From NCBI RefSeq assembly GCF_016432865.1, contig NC_067399.1, positions 583,854,001-583,918,000 of the forward strand: 64,000 nt of DNA, given 5' to 3'. The translations under genes and the position numbers were made by a program. The notes below the pieces were generated by a model. The model saw only the letters and a program-made list of their open reading frames with translations. It did no database searches and was not told where the DNA came from. How positions within the stretch are numbered: position 1 is the first letter of the stretch; each line of letters starts with the position of its first letter. The DNA comes from Antechinus flavipes. Taxonomy: Eukaryota. This document shows positions 12,670 to 26,449 of this stretch, piece by piece.

Positions 12670-12900
12670 TTTTTTAATAGTATTTTATTTTTCCAAATAC
12701 ATGCAAAGATAGTTTTCAACATATACCTTTATAAAATCTTGTGTTTCAATTTTTTCCCCTCCTTCCCTTCTCCCTTCCCAAGACAGGAAACAATTCTATA
12801 TAGGTTAAATGTGCAATTTTTCTAAACATATCTTCTTATTCATCATGCTGTGCAAGAAAAATCAAATCAAAAGGAAAAAAAAAAGGAGAAAAAAACTTTT
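12670..12900 (-). mobile_element. L1 3'UTR fragment
   Basis: Reverse complement of a marsupial-type L1 3' terminus (TTTTATTTTTCCAAATACATGCAAAGATAGTTTTCAACAT...). Confidence 0.75.
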
Positions 12901-13227
12901 TTAAAAAAGTGATCATATTCATTAAAATTTAAAGGACAAACATAAGTATTAATTGACAAATAACTTATTTTACAAAATCTCAAGGATTAAACTCAATACA
13001 AGATTCCTGTGAAAAGACATGAGGGATCTGAAAATCTGAAGGGCTAGAATGGACCTGTAAGACTTGTTGGTCAATGCTGAAAAAGTAATAAAAGGGTACC
13101 TCAGATGGTCTGGTTCAGGGACTGCTTGTATTGGAACCACCTAAGTCTAAATAATTGAGAATAAACAACACCTACAAGAATATTTTCTGGGATTTCCAGG
13201 CCATTTTTACTATATATTCATATATAG

Positions 13228-13429
13228 CAGTGTTTCTCAAACTTTTGTTTTCAGTATCTTTGTCCTTTTAAAAATTATTGAGGATCTGTCCAAAGTGTTT
13301 TTGTTTATCCGGATTATATTTATAGACATTTACCATACTGGAAATAAAAACTATTTTTGAATTTGTAGACCTTCTGAAAGGGTGTCAGAGATCCCCAGGA
13401 TTTTCTAGACCATACTTTGAGAACCACTG
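13228..13429. mobile_element. hAT-Charlie MITE with intact ends
   Basis: TIRs CAGTGTTTCTCAAA / TTTGAGAACCACTG (1 mismatch) and a perfect 8-bp TSD ATATATAG at 13220-13227 and 13430-13437. Confidence 0.9.
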
Positions 13430-15804
13430 ATATATAGAACTTACAGACTTGTCAGGATATATGGAGCCATCAGGCTGGATGGAACCTATACAGATTTTCA
13501 TTCTTTATTTTTCTTTATTATTAGTATAAGACACTCCCCCCCACCCATCCCTAAACAAAGCCTCCTCCTCAAGTTTTAGTCCCTGGAAAGAGTTAACTAC
13601 AGTGTAATGTTGTCATTGAGAATGGTAGTACATCATTTTCCACTTTTATTGTTTAACATTTGCTATGAAAAAGAAAACAAATATATGTATATTTATATTT
13701 ATATATGATAAAATTAACAAGCTGATTAATGGATAGACAGTCAGATAGACAAAAGAATAAAGGAAAATATCAGAACCATAGCAGATAGCCCTTGTCTTAG
13801 AATGGGGAAGAGTCATGATCTCTCTTGAGAAAATAATCACAAGTACTTGTTTACCATTAATCATGATCAGAACCCTGGGATCCCCTTCCCCCACTCCCAT
13901 GAGAACTTAGTTTGTACCTTTGTGAGCCACTTATCACATTTTATTTTGTATTGCAGTTATATGTGTACATGTCTTATCTTTCCTACTTGAGGGGTGATGT
14001 CTCATTCATCTTTCTAATCCTCATAGCTCCTGGCATAGGGCCTTGGCTGTTTACTAAATGAATGAGGGAGTGGATGAATGAATGAGTAGTTGAATGAGTG
14101 GAAGAGTGAATGAATCTTGACAGGAGAGTAAGAGGGCAGACTGGATAAGGATGGGAAGGTACTCTCTTGGGAGAGGAATATTTCCCCATAGACATTCTGG
14201 AAAGTTGTTTCACTGACAAAGAGATAATGAAGTAAGTACCTAGGTTCATATGGCATAGCCTCTGGCTATTCAGTAAACCATTCTGGGTTTTGCTTGTGAA
14301 TAATGTCTATACCAGCCAGAGATTGAACAAATAGTAGGGCTGGTTCAAGAAATACAATCTCCCCTTCTCTCTCCTGTACTTTCTTATGATCTTTCAATTT
14401 TCTTCACCTGGCTTATTAAGACTCCTATAAAAGTGTGAGAAACTATAACCATTGGAAAACTTTGTGGTTCTCAGGCAAGAACTCCAGGCTTTTGAGTATT
14501 TATATACCCATTAGTTGGGATGGGGAAAGGAGCAGGTGTTTATTCAGTAGTCCTCACTACCTTGACATCTCTTCTGCATCTTGATATGGCAAAGATTTCC
14601 TCTCATGTATTTCAGACAGCTGAAAACTTGATTTGGTGCTTAAAAGTGAGAAAGAAGAAGGAGGGGCCTGTCACTGACAGGACCAGTTTGAATGACTGTG
14701 TGTATACACACATGCATATGGTATGTGACTAAAATTGACACATTTTAAAACAAAGACTAGGGCTTAGGCGTTGCGTTTCTTGGGAGACTGTGCAATGTTC
14801 CGAGGATGGGAATTCTTTAGAAATGGCCTTTCCAGCTGAACGTGCATAGAGGAAAATCTATCTCATTGCCCAATGGGCATGTTATGTTCTGGGTAAAAAC
14901 CTCAGCCAAACCACATATATATATCTTATTCCTGATTCTTAGCACTGAAAGAATTTTAGCTATTCTGGTGATAAGGACTTTTTTTTAACCTCCAGTGATA
15001 TTCAAAAGAATGTGTCACTAACCTTTACTTGGTGTCTTTATGCATTTGTGTGTTATATATTTCCAGTGGCATTTATGTACCTGCATATGTGTGTATTTAT
15101 CTATCTATATATGTATGTACATTTGTTTTTATACATACATAAATATCTGAAATATGAATATAGAATGTTTAGACATGAGAGGTACCCTAAAATTTTTCTT
15201 TTACATTCGACAAAACTGAAGTTCCTTCTGAGAATTAAATTAGTGGTCTAAGTTCGTTCAGGTATATTTGAGGTCTTGTGGATCCTATCAGAAACATGAA
15301 ACTGTATTTGAGAATGTGTGTTCATGTTTCAGGTAGAACTTATAACAGATTGTTTCAAGGGTCCTGTTTAACTCTAACTCTAGCATATGATTAAATGTAA
15401 AAATGTATGTATATACATATGTATATGTATATATATGTATGTGTATGTAGCTCCATGAAAACATGGATAAGTTATGTACCTGAGTGTATTCCCTACTGCA
15501 CCTATAGGGTCTTCTGCTAATAAAACTTTAGTAAACTTCAAATAATATTTATCATCTATCTATCTATGCATACACATATGTATATGTGTGTATGTATAAT
15601 AATATTAACAAAAACATTTCTATCACATTTACTATGTGTCAAGTACTGTACTAAGCACTTAGCAATTATTAATTTGATCTTCACAACCATCCTAGGAGTT
15701 AGATATATATGGATATGTATATGTGTATATATATATAGAGAGAGAGAGACATCCACATCCACATCCACATTCCATTATGAAACATTTGCTTCCTCCTCCT
15801 GCAG

Positions 15805-15918
15805 CGATTATGGCTATGAGAGACATGGAGATAATCAGTGCATCCCTGCTTTCTGGTATAATCCATCATCTCCATCAAAGGATTGCAGCCTTGGCCAGAG
15901 CTATCTCAACAGTACTGG
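15805..15918 (+). CDS. SORCS3: SORCS3 coding exon (10CC region): (C)DYGYERHGDNQCIPAFWYNPSSPSKDCSLGQSYLNST(G)
   Basis: cctcctgcag acceptor, GG|gtaagt donor, 114 nt, phase 2/2. The peptide matches recalled SORCS3 sequence. Probably exon 17 if the human 27-exon structure holds. Confidence 0.97.
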
Positions 15919-17861
15919 GTAAGTGCTGGGGCTGCTCGCCTCTGACTCTCTTCTGGGTTTTGCCTAACTTGAAACAGGACAGGTTGAGCTGCAGTTGTAA
16001 TAAAAGGAACATATGTTTAGGGCTTGTTAGGAAGAGACTGCTGAGCAAAGTTGTACAGATCTCTTCCTTAATGTTCTTTAAGAGCATAAGAAACACCCAG
16101 GCAACCAGATTGTTTATAATTACATATTAGCAGCAAGGGGTGGAGGAAGTAAGTTCGGGACAGTATTTTCATGCAGGTGATCAAACTGACCAGCATTCTA
16201 TTTTGGTGACTGTGTGACAGTTGGCTGTATGTGGTGGAATTGGTGCCATCAAGTCAGACTATTTCAACTCTCCTTGGCAAAAACCATTGATTGATTCATT
16301 TCTGGAATCTAAGAATCAAAGAAAATGGTTGTGAGTGACATGCAGGTATTGTGGGTTCTGGAGTGACAAGAGTGTCTTAGGATTCTAACTAAGAAGGTCT
16401 TGGAAATGCAATATTTGGATGCTTTCTAGAATTCTCAAATTATGTGTGTGTGTGTATATGTGTGTGCATGTGTGTATATCTAGTGTCATTTGCATCTTTC
16501 TCTCTGTTCTTCTGTTAATGATTCTATCAGGAGCTTAAACAATTACCTTAGAGATTTATTCTCTCTTCCAACCTTTCCTTCTTGATGACCCACAGTAGAG
16601 CTGTGGTAGCTGAACATATCAACTTTGAGCTGGGAGTTATGAGACCACTTTTCCAATTTCAATGTTCTTCTTTTACAAACTCTCTGATTTCCAACAAGTT
16701 ACTTGGCTTTCTGTACCTCTAAGTAACTCAGATTTATAGTAGTGTGAATACTACCTACTACTACATGGAAGGGGGAATGGGGCTTAAAGAAAGAAAGAAG
16801 TTTGAGCTGTTCTGTAAAACAACAGATCTGAGTCAAAGCTTGACAGTGCTTTGGTCCTGGCAGAGCTGCTCCAGGAGACTGATCTCTGGTTTATCAACAC
16901 TTGGAATTTGTATTTTCACTGACAGAGAAGTGCTGAAAGTGTTTAGATTGTCAGCCTGTGATACAGTTTGTGGAGTTGGGAAAGGGTAGTCTATGGGCTA
17001 CCTTAAAGGCAGTGGTTGGCAATGGGCAACTCTCTCTCTCACACACAAAAAATGTTTTACTTACCATGTTCTGATCTCTGTCAGAGAAAGACCAAGTTAT
17101 AAATTCCAGCCACATTTGTAGATTGACACCATTTTAAACTAATCTAATTTAGGAATAAATTGACCTTATAGAATTCAAAACCAGAAAGACCTTAGAGATC
17201 ATCATGTACATACCCCCTTCTCTTTTCCTGCATGAGGAACCTGAGGTCCAGAGTTGGGAAAAGACTAGTTAAAATGCCATAAATTGATATGACCTACACT
17301 GTTTCACAATGCTTCATGCTAACCAAATTCCTCCATATCACAAAATTCGACTCTGATGCCAGTTGGCTAATCATAGAAGTCACTAAAATTAAGTTTATTT
17401 CTACTGTTTTTTAAAAAAAATGTCACAACCATCATAAAATATGTATTACCAGAGTAATCTATAAAAAAGCAAGCACTTTTCAAAGCTTTTGTGTTCTAAA
17501 TTTTGGCTTCTTGGGAATGTATCTATTTAAGATGCTGTTTGAATGAACCTCCATGTCCTCTGTACCATTTCATTACTCTGTGTGTAGACCGAGACATTCC
17601 TCTATATTCCAAGGATCTAACTTTCCAATTAAATACTTCAAGGAGAACTTATTTTTACAGAAAGATTTATCACATAATGACTATGAATAGCAGGCACCAA
17701 TCTCTACTCAACTTGCACTTGAATATTGCTCCATAGTAACTCCATAACAAAAAATTTGGATTTAGAGGAGAGAAGTCTACTGAGGTAGAAAGGCTTAATG
17801 CTCAATGGCCATTTGATGATTCTTCCTAAATGAAGACATGCCATCTTAAGATAGTCATGGT

Positions 17862-18031
17862 AAATCAGTAGAATGGGCTTTCATTTATTCAAGTTTGATT
17901 TTGTAATCAGTAGAATGAGCTTCATCTATTCAAGTTTGATTTTTAAAAAGGGGAAGGAGGACAATGTAATCAGTAGAATGGGTTTTCATCTATTCAAATT
18001 TGAGTTTTAAAAGTGGGGAGGAGGGCAATGT
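17862..18031. repeat. Three-copy degenerate tandem repeat (40-63 bp unit)
   Basis: Core AATCAGTAGAATG(G/A)G.TT(T)CAT(T/C)TATTCAA(G/A)TTTGA starts at about 17863, 17905 and 17968. Confidence 0.85.
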
Positions 18032-19600
18032 GTACAAATTCTTTGTACCATGAAATGTGCCTGCTCTTGGAAAAGGCTTTATTCCTTTTTCTTCTTTCTA
18101 GCCTTGTTATCTCAGATTCTAGTTATAGACGCACTCATTAGAATCCATTTGCTAAATATTGGTGAGCTAGTTAGTCATGCTTAAGTATAGATAGGAAGTC
18201 CCAGGATTCATTTCATTTTTTGTCTCCCTAAATCCTCTGGATGTCCTTAGAGTGTGAGGATCATTTGAATAGTTATAACAAATTAATTATCCTCGACATG
18301 CACAAAAAAATCCAGGTTCTTCCTGGGTCTCTTTTAAGTGAACATCATCCTAGATTAAACCTGTTACAATCCTACCTTACAGATAGACATATATCAGTGG
18401 CCAGTATCAATAATTCAACTCAGGCTATTCAGAAAAAGAAAAAAGTGAATGAAATGTTTACTTACACAATAAAGAATCATTTTTGGATGGTAGCATGGCA
18501 TTTTAATGTATTAGTAATTACAGAAAGCACTTTGTTATAGTATTAGAATAAAGTTGGACTTTCAATCAGTAAACATATTAATTTCCATGTTCTAAGCATG
18601 GACTGTGCTGAGTACTGGGGAGCAAAAGAAAGTCCCTGTTCTCAAGGAACATATATTTTAATGAGGAAGATGACTCTTGCACTAATGAGAACATGCAAGT
18701 AACATACAGAGAAAAAGGAAGGGAACCTGAGAAGGAAGGCACTGACAGCTGAGGATTGTCTTGGAAGGACCAACCACACAATGTTCTATTTGAGAGATAG
18801 ACAGTGTTGTGTGGTGGGAAGAGCATTATTGTCTCCATCTTTTACTCGCAACTCTACCACTGATGTCCTAATGATCTTATATAAGACATTTCTCTTTGGG
18901 ACTCAGCTCTGAAACAAGGAGATTAGACTAGGGGCTTTCTGTTGTCCATTCCAACTCTGAGATCCCTTTGCTTCTCTTGTAACCTTGGAGGTTGTTCCAG
19001 TGCAACTTAATAGAGGGCTCCAATTCAAACTTGTGTTTAAAGTCTGTCAGTCCCACTAAGAGGAAAATGAAATACTGAGGGTGGTGACAGAGAGACTGCT
19101 ATAAAATGCTATAAAACAACCTGATGACTCTGAAATGAGAGCTGTTAGAGGATAGAAGGGCTCCCCAGGAGCAAAAGAATGTTTTCTTGTAATCAGAGTC
19201 AGAATTGGGCACAAAAATTGGATCACGGTCCATTTCTACATGGGAAGGAGCAGGAGAAGGTCCTGGAGAATGAAGACAGCTTATTCTCATCCCAAGGGCC
19301 CAACTTCCCAAGTATGATCCAGCCAGCAAGCTGCTTTCTACATTCCATGTGATTCACACATTGATTTTCCTTTCTCAGTTCAGTAACATGAGCCACAGAT
19401 CACCAGGTAGAATCAATCAATAACAATGTATACCAGCTGCTTCTCCCTAGGATGAAGGATGGAGACTCCCTGTTGTTTGTTTAGCTTTATGAGGAAAGCT
19501 TGACCTCAGCTGCATGAGAAGTCTCTTTTCTTTAAACACACAGACACCGACACACAGAAATGTGAACCAAAAAACAAACCCGTCATGTCTATACCTCTAG

Positions 19601-19772
19601 GTACCGGAGAATTGTGTCTAACAACTGCACGGACGGGCTAAGGGAGAAGTATACTGCTAAATCCCAGCAGTGCCCAGGCAAGGCTCCAAGGGGTCTCCAT
19701 GTGGTGACTGTGGATGGGCGCTTGGTGGCTGAGCAAGGGCACAATGCTACCTTTGTCATCCTCATGGAGGAG
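19601..19772 (+). CDS. SORCS3: SORCS3 exon: YRRIVSNNCTDGLREKYTAKSQQCPGKAPRGLHVVTVDGRLVAEQGHNATFVILMEE
   Basis: acctctag acceptor, GAG|gtaggt donor, 172 nt, phase 2/0; in frame with its neighbours. Confidence 0.97.
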
Positions 19773-22596
19773 GTAGGTTCCAAACTTTGAAGCGAAAGCT
19801 GAGACACATTTCTGTTTGGGTAAGAGAGATACGGATCTGTTAGATGCTGGGTACCTGCGGGATACCCAAGCCTTGGTGACGTAGGTGGAACTTTTGAGAG
19901 AAGAGAAAGTGGAAGGAATGGGGCAGTGGAAATATAAACTGATCAGTTCAGCTGCATCAACTTGTTTCATGAAAATGTCCCATTTTCCAGAGTTCTCTTT
20001 TGGAGACTGCTCTATGTATAGAATTTTTCTAATTAATAGGTTATATATTCCAAGTGTAAGAAACATAAGTTTTCCTTTGTGTTATGATGAGCTTACACAA
20101 CCCATCTTTCTTTCCCTCACTCCAAACCATAGTCTTCCTGAATGGATCCTCACATTCTGAAATACCTCTACATTATACTCTCTGAAGTTGTAAGAATGGG
20201 GTTTGGAAGGTTGCCTTAGTCAAAATTCATTTTAAAAGATGATATAAAGTTTTTGTTTAAATTTTCCCTTTAGCAAATACATTTCATGCACATGTTTCCC
20301 AGACTGGACAAAATGCCCATAGTTACTTCTGGTCTAGGGGGATAGCCTTATTGACTATAATGAGCAATGATAATAATAATGATGATGACAATAACAATAC
20401 ATCAACTTACATTCTGTAGTACTTTACAATTCATAAGCATTTTCTTTCCAACAATCCTGTGAAATTTGTAATCCAAATTTGTTATCCCCATTACCCTGAT
20501 GAGAAAGCTGAGAATCAGTGAGTTAGTTGCCAAGCTAGGACATACAACCAAACATTTGGTTCCCCCATCCTATGCACTCTCCACTCCATATTATGTTGTC
20601 ATTCTTGCCAGCACTTCGTTTATACCATGGTCATGGAAAATGTAAATGCCATTTGATCTTGTAGGGCCACATGTGGGATTTTTGATTTACAAAGTCCTAA
20701 AAATTTACATGCAAATTGCTCTGTGCTTTGGGGTTCTTGGGAAGTGACCAAACTGAATTTTCTTTCTCCAAAGACAGAGTGCTTTGGGAATCTTTAAAAG
20801 CAGACTCAACATGGACTGGACTTTTGAGATGTATTATCTGAAACTGAGCAATTGGCATCTATCTCCCCTGTTCAGGCACTTGATTGAAAGAGTTAGGGAC
20901 TTTGGACGAGGTCAGTATCCCATTTCCATTGGGGAGTTTTAAGGGCCAGTTCTCTGAAAGGTGACTTTTGAATGACTTGGTAACGCCCTGATCTTATCCA
21001 TTTGAAAAGCTGCCAGTTCATTCCACCTTAATTTATTTTCATAAACTCATAGATGACATTGTGTGAGGATTGAAAAGCATCTTTCAGTAATTCATACATA
21101 ACCAAGGTACTGCTGGAAGAGAAGCAGAATAGAGTATAGGGCTTACAATCATTCTGTAGAAAAAGTGTTTGGTGCCATTGTTAAGGAATTTATTTTTCTC
21201 TTTTGCTCCACCTCTTTCCATAAAGAATATAAATGGAGTATGTAGCATTTGTGCCAAGGCAGGAGAGAGGGACTTTTGATTTTGGTTTCTCTCCCTCAGA
21301 TCATTTGATAATTGGTGTCCCTGATGTTTAAAACTCTCCAGAATTCACAGGCTCACAAGGGAGCAAAGTGGTATTAGCCTGAAGGAAATTTGGTAGAATA
21401 TGTGCTACATTTGGAGTTAGGAGAAAACCTGGTTCAGATCCTAACTCTGACACTTATGATCCTCAGCAAGTGAGTCTCAGTTTCTGCATCTGTTAAATGG
21501 GGATAATAAAACCTGCAATACTCATCTCACAACTGTATTGTGAAAATCAAATGAGATAATGTCTCTAAAGTTCTTTAAAAACCTCATAAATATTATTTAT
21601 CATCCCATCTGTCTGAACAAGAAAGGAATAAAGCATCTGGAACAAGGGACCAATCCATATTTGTACCCAGTGGTTGTTCATAGCTCCTGGAAAGAATTTT
21701 TTTGGCTTCAGATGCTGAGAGCTTTGTTTCCTAGAAGAGGTCTTCAAGACCTTCTTTGAGTTTCAATTTTTTTAATCTTTAACATGAGAGTAATGAACTA
21801 GATGAATTCTAAGGCTTTCTCCCCATCTCTAAAACTATGGTGCAGAAGAAGATCCTTGGAGAAGTCATGGTTTGCCCTGCCATTGTCCTCATATACCCTG
21901 TAGATTGAGTGCTTAGTAGCAGAGGCCCTACAGAAGCTATGCTATATGGAAGGTAGGGTAAAGGGTTGTCATTGTCATCGTCATTATAGAGTCCTGTGGA
22001 AATAAAGGAAATTCGATTGTTAGCAGAGATTTAAATTCCAGAGTCTTTTCCCACCACTTTTTCCATCACTGACATCCTGATCAATCTCCCCCTGCCTTTT
22101 CTGCCCATCTCTGCTTTCCCACCATTTGTATGGGAACATGAATTTGACATAGGTGTGTAGGGAAGTCACTTATCTTCTTTGAGACTCAGTTTGTTCATCT
22201 TTCAGATGGGAATGTTAATAGCTGACCTACCTATTCTATAGGAGAATTGTGAGATCAAATGAGATAATACTCGTAAAGCACTTTGTAAGAGTGAAGTGCT
22301 ATAAAAATCCATTCAGTCATGCTTTTTGTCCTGTGATAATAATGGGAGACAGCATGCTACAGGTGGAAAAGAAGCCCAGCTATGGTGTTTTAAATCCTGG
22401 TTCTGAACTTTACTTGCTGTGTGACCATCGATAAGTCATCTCACCTCCTGATGTCCCAATAGCAATCCAGGGTAGCTGCTGAGGGCTTATTTACTGAATG
22501 CTCACCTTGTCTAATTTAAACTAGAGGAGGATGCATAAAGAATAATTAAAGTCTAAATTACTTCATCAACCTGGGGCACAATGTTCCCTCCTACAG

Positions 22597-22783
22597 GGTG
22601 ATCTCCAGAGGACAAACATCCAGCTAGACTTTGGAGATGGGATTGCTGTGTCCTACGCTAACTTCAGCCCCATTGAGGACGGCATCAAGCATGTGTACAA
22701 GAGTGCGGGGATCTTCCAGGTGACGGCTTATGCGGAGAACCACTTGGGCTCAGATACTGCCGTCCTCTTCCTACATGTGGTTT
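22597..22783 (+). CDS. SORCS3: SORCS3 exon (PKD domain): GDLQRTNIQLDFGDGIAVSYANFSPIEDGIKHVYKSAGIFQVTAYAENHLGSDTAVLFLHVV
   Basis: ccctcctacag acceptor, T|gtaagt donor, 187 nt, phase 0/1; contains the PKD DFGDG motif. Confidence 0.97.
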
Positions 22784-23791
22784 GTAAGTAGGTGAACAAA
22801 TACAGCTCCCTCAGAACTTTCCCACCTCCCCTGCTATGTCCCTTGCCTCTGGTTCAAAGCTGGGGTGGGGAGGAAGGGGTAGGATTAAACCTTGCAGCTT
22901 ACAGGTAAGGTGTGGATTTGGCCGAATACTAGCTCTCCAGTGGAAAGTAAATCATTTCTGGATTTCACAAATATCAGGCTTCTGCATTGATCATCCCTTT
23001 TCTATTTCCTTCATGTGTTAGAATTAGAAATTAGTGTTATTATAGTAACACTGTCATTCTCTAGGGCCCTTTGGAGAAGGTCATTTTAGGAAGTCACCTT
23101 ATTTTTTTTTTCCTTCTGATTTTTGAAGGTTTATACTTAAAACTTTCTTTGGAAAATTTAACCAATAGCATGGAAATGATTCAAAGCCTTATTTTACTCT
23201 TCTCTTCACTATTACACTGAGAATGCTGGATGGAATTTAACCTTTTCTTGGAGACTCTAGAGGCATCATTAGACCATTGATTTCTGCTTTTCAGTGATGC
23301 CTTCAGAGGCTGATGGTGGATATGAGAAGACTGTTTATCCCTGCAATAAATGGCTTCAGACTTCGGGTCCTTTTTTTCTTTTCTTTTTATTGTTTTTCTC
23401 TGTGTGTGCATAAACACACATGATGTGTATTTATATATATGTACATATACATATATGAGAGGCAGAGAGTTTCCTTCTCTCGGTCGGAAACAATACTGTC
23501 CAAGGAGTTGGGAAGGTCCTGGAGTTGAACCCTAACTATGATCTCTATTAGCCATTTAACTATTGTCAAGTCATTCAACTTCCAAGAATCTCACTAACCC
23601 CTGCTTTAAAAACAATAAAAAGGGTATGATCATATCTGCACTAGGTGGTGAGCTATGCATATGTATTTGTAGATATATATATAGATATAAATGATTATAT
23701 CTATATATATATAACACATAGGCATATATGTCTTATAGAGACATATTACATAAATATAGAGAAATATAGATATAATATACACATATACATA

Positions 23792-24317
23792 TAGGTTGAC
23801 CTAAAAACCTGAATAGAGTTTTAAGCTTTAATAATTTTAGAAGTACATATGTAACAAATTTAGCAAAGATCACCTAAAATTTTCATTATTTTAAATTCTA
23901 TTTATGCTAATCTATTTTATGAATTTTGAATGATGCATTTTTAATTTTAATTTTAACAAGATGGGACATTATATGTTGTGTGTCTCAGACTGATGGACTG
24001 GTAGAAAGAAGGTTTTCTTGTTTTGTCATCTTAGTCATATGCTCTGTCTTCATTAGATTTTTTCTTATCAAAACTGTTGTGTATTCATTAAAAGCTAATT
24101 CTTTAGATGATCTTAAGGCTAAGATTACAAATGCTGTCTACTCAGTCACTGATAAAACGCTTTACAGTTGACTAGGATGATAGATATATTGAGTATTGGT
24201 AAGAAGCTCCTCAATACTTAAAAATTTTAATAATTTACTTCACAAATAAATTTGTAGCATCTGTACTTTTGAAGTTATTAAAGCTGAAAATCACACTAAA
24301 ACTTTTGGTAAATCTTA
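23792..24317 (+). mobile_element. Internally deleted Tc1/mariner DNA transposon
   Basis: About 55-bp imperfect terminal inverted repeats (TAGGTTGACCTAAAAACC..TTTTAAGCTTTAATAATTTTAGAAGTA versus TACTTTTGAAGTTATTAAAGCTGAAAA..ACTTTTGGTAAATCTTA), TA on both sides, and a residual peptide FLIKTVVYSLKANSLDDLKAKITNAV like the IS630/Tc1 transposase C-terminus. Confidence 0.75.
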
Positions 24318-25669
24318 TATACATGTATATGTGTCTGTATATGTGTATGTATTGGTATGTGTTTGTATATATGCATACTATTATTTCACTTTCAATGATA
24401 TCTCCATCATTCTACCTTTTAAGAGCATCATTTAATCTTTTTTTTTTCTCTTTATTCATTTTCTCCTTGCTTCTATTCTATATAGGGAAACCTTTACAAA
24501 ATAGACTTGTTAGAACTATAGGTAAAATAAATATGAATAATCTCTGAATGAGGGCTATAGGGAATATCTGATGAAGGAATATAACTTTATTATATAGATA
24601 ATTTGACACTTATTTTTATTATTCATCAACCTTTTAAGCTTTCTTCTTGGCTTTAAGCTGGATCCCACAGAAAAAATAACTCTAGAGAACAAAATTTCAG
24701 AAAATTAGCTGTTAACTGATTTTTGATTAGTTTGCTTCTAATCTGCTTTTTTTTTTGAGCTTTTTTGGCTCTAAAGCCAAATTCTAAAGCCAGGATCCAA
24801 GGGTACCTTTTCTCATCAGAACTGAAGTCAGAGAGACCTGAGGCCATAAATTAACTTAGACATTGAAAAATTAGCTAAAATTTCATGATGTTTAATTTAA
24901 ACTTTAATGACATGGATATTTTGAAAAGATGTATGTCCCAATGATTTCCCTCTATTCCCCACATATGCCTTCACTAAACTCATGTATGTACACTTAGGCA
25001 ACTGCCCCAAACACTTTTTAAAGTACTAAATTTCCAACCATAATGACTAAATATAACATAAAATAATGTAAATTATTATTTCTGTGAAAGTAGAAGAAAA
25101 ACTTCAAAGGAAGAATTTTTAATGTTTAAACAGCTATAAATCACAAAATTAAAAACTTAGTTCTTATAGCCAAATTTATTTCAGGAGAAAATTCTGTTGC
25201 AACAAATGTCAGGAAACTTGAAAATTCTTCTTCAGGTCCTGGACTAATATCCTTTCTACTACAGCCAGCAAGATATATGACAGAGTATTTAAGATAGTCT
25301 CAAAGAAAACTTGGGTTAACATTTTGTCTTACTAGCTTACTAGCTATGTAAACGTGAGCAAGTCACCTAGTCTCTCCATCTGTAAAGTGGTAGCAGTAAT
25401 AATAATGATATTTTTTCTCTATCTACCTTATAAGATCATTTTGAGAATCAAATGAAAAAATGTATCAAAATAATTATAATTACAACATTACATAAAATTT
25501 CAGGCATTATTATTTTAAATTGAGTCTTGTGTCATATAAGGGACTAACTGAATTCAGAAAGCATTTTTTGTTTCATAAAAATTTGTATTATGTGTGTATG
25601 TATTTTTTATTGGTTGGCCTTGTCCTACTCTTCTTGACTCCATTTCAGGTTTTCTTGGTAATGATTCTT

Positions 25670-26283
25670 TTTTTTTTTTTAATAACTTTTTATTGACAGA
25701 ATCCATGCCAGGGTAATTTTTTACAATATTATCCCTTGCACTCTCTACTGTTCTAATTTTTCCCTTCCTTCCCTCCACCCCCTCCCCCAGATGGCAAGCA
25801 GTCCTTTGCATGTTAAACAGATTACAGTATATCCTAGATACAATATATGTTTGCAGAACCGAACAGTTCTCTTGTTGAACAGGAGAATTGGATTCAGAAG
25901 GTATAAATAACCCGGGAAGAAAAACAAAAATGCAAGCAGTTTACATTCATTTCCCATTGTTCTTTCTTTGGGTGTAGCTGCTTCTGTCCATCATTGATCA
26001 ATTGAAACTGATTTAGATCTTCTCTTTGTCAAGAAATCCACTTCCATCAGAATACATCCTCATACAGTATCGTTGTTGAAGTGTATAATGATCTCCTGGT
26101 TCTGCTCATTTCACTTAGCATCAGTTCATATAAGTCTCTCCAGGCCTTTCTGAAATCCTGTTGGTCATTTCTTACAGAACAATAATATTCCATAACATTC
26201 ATATACCACAATTTACCCAGCCATTCTCCCATTGATGGGCATCCATTCATTTTCCAGTTTCTAGCCACTACAAACAGGGCTGG
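25670..26283 (-). mobile_element. 5'-truncated L1 (ORF2 C-terminus, 3'UTR and polyA) inserted in a Mar1/MIR SINE
   Basis: Minus-strand peptide ALFVVARNWKMNGCPSMGEWLGKLWYMNVMEYYCSVRND; poly-T at the left end; 17-bp TSD TCTTGG(T/C)AATGATTCTT at 25653-25669 and 26284-26300. Confidence 0.93.
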
Positions 26284-26449
26284 TCTTGGCAATGATTCTT
26301 GAGTGGTTGCCAATATTTTATAGATGAGGAAATTAAGGCAAGCAAGGTTAAATGATTTTCTCAAGAGCTGCATAACTAGTAAGTGTCTGGGGCTGGGTTT
26401 GAACTCAGGTCTTCCTGATTTCATGCCTGATGCTCTATCCATTGCACCA

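Noticed and set aside
1-15804. Search for the preceding SORCS3 exon (expected GEPCVMGERKIFKKRK...WDFEC-like)
   Set aside because: I found no matching peptide with splice sites; it presumably lies upstream of the window.
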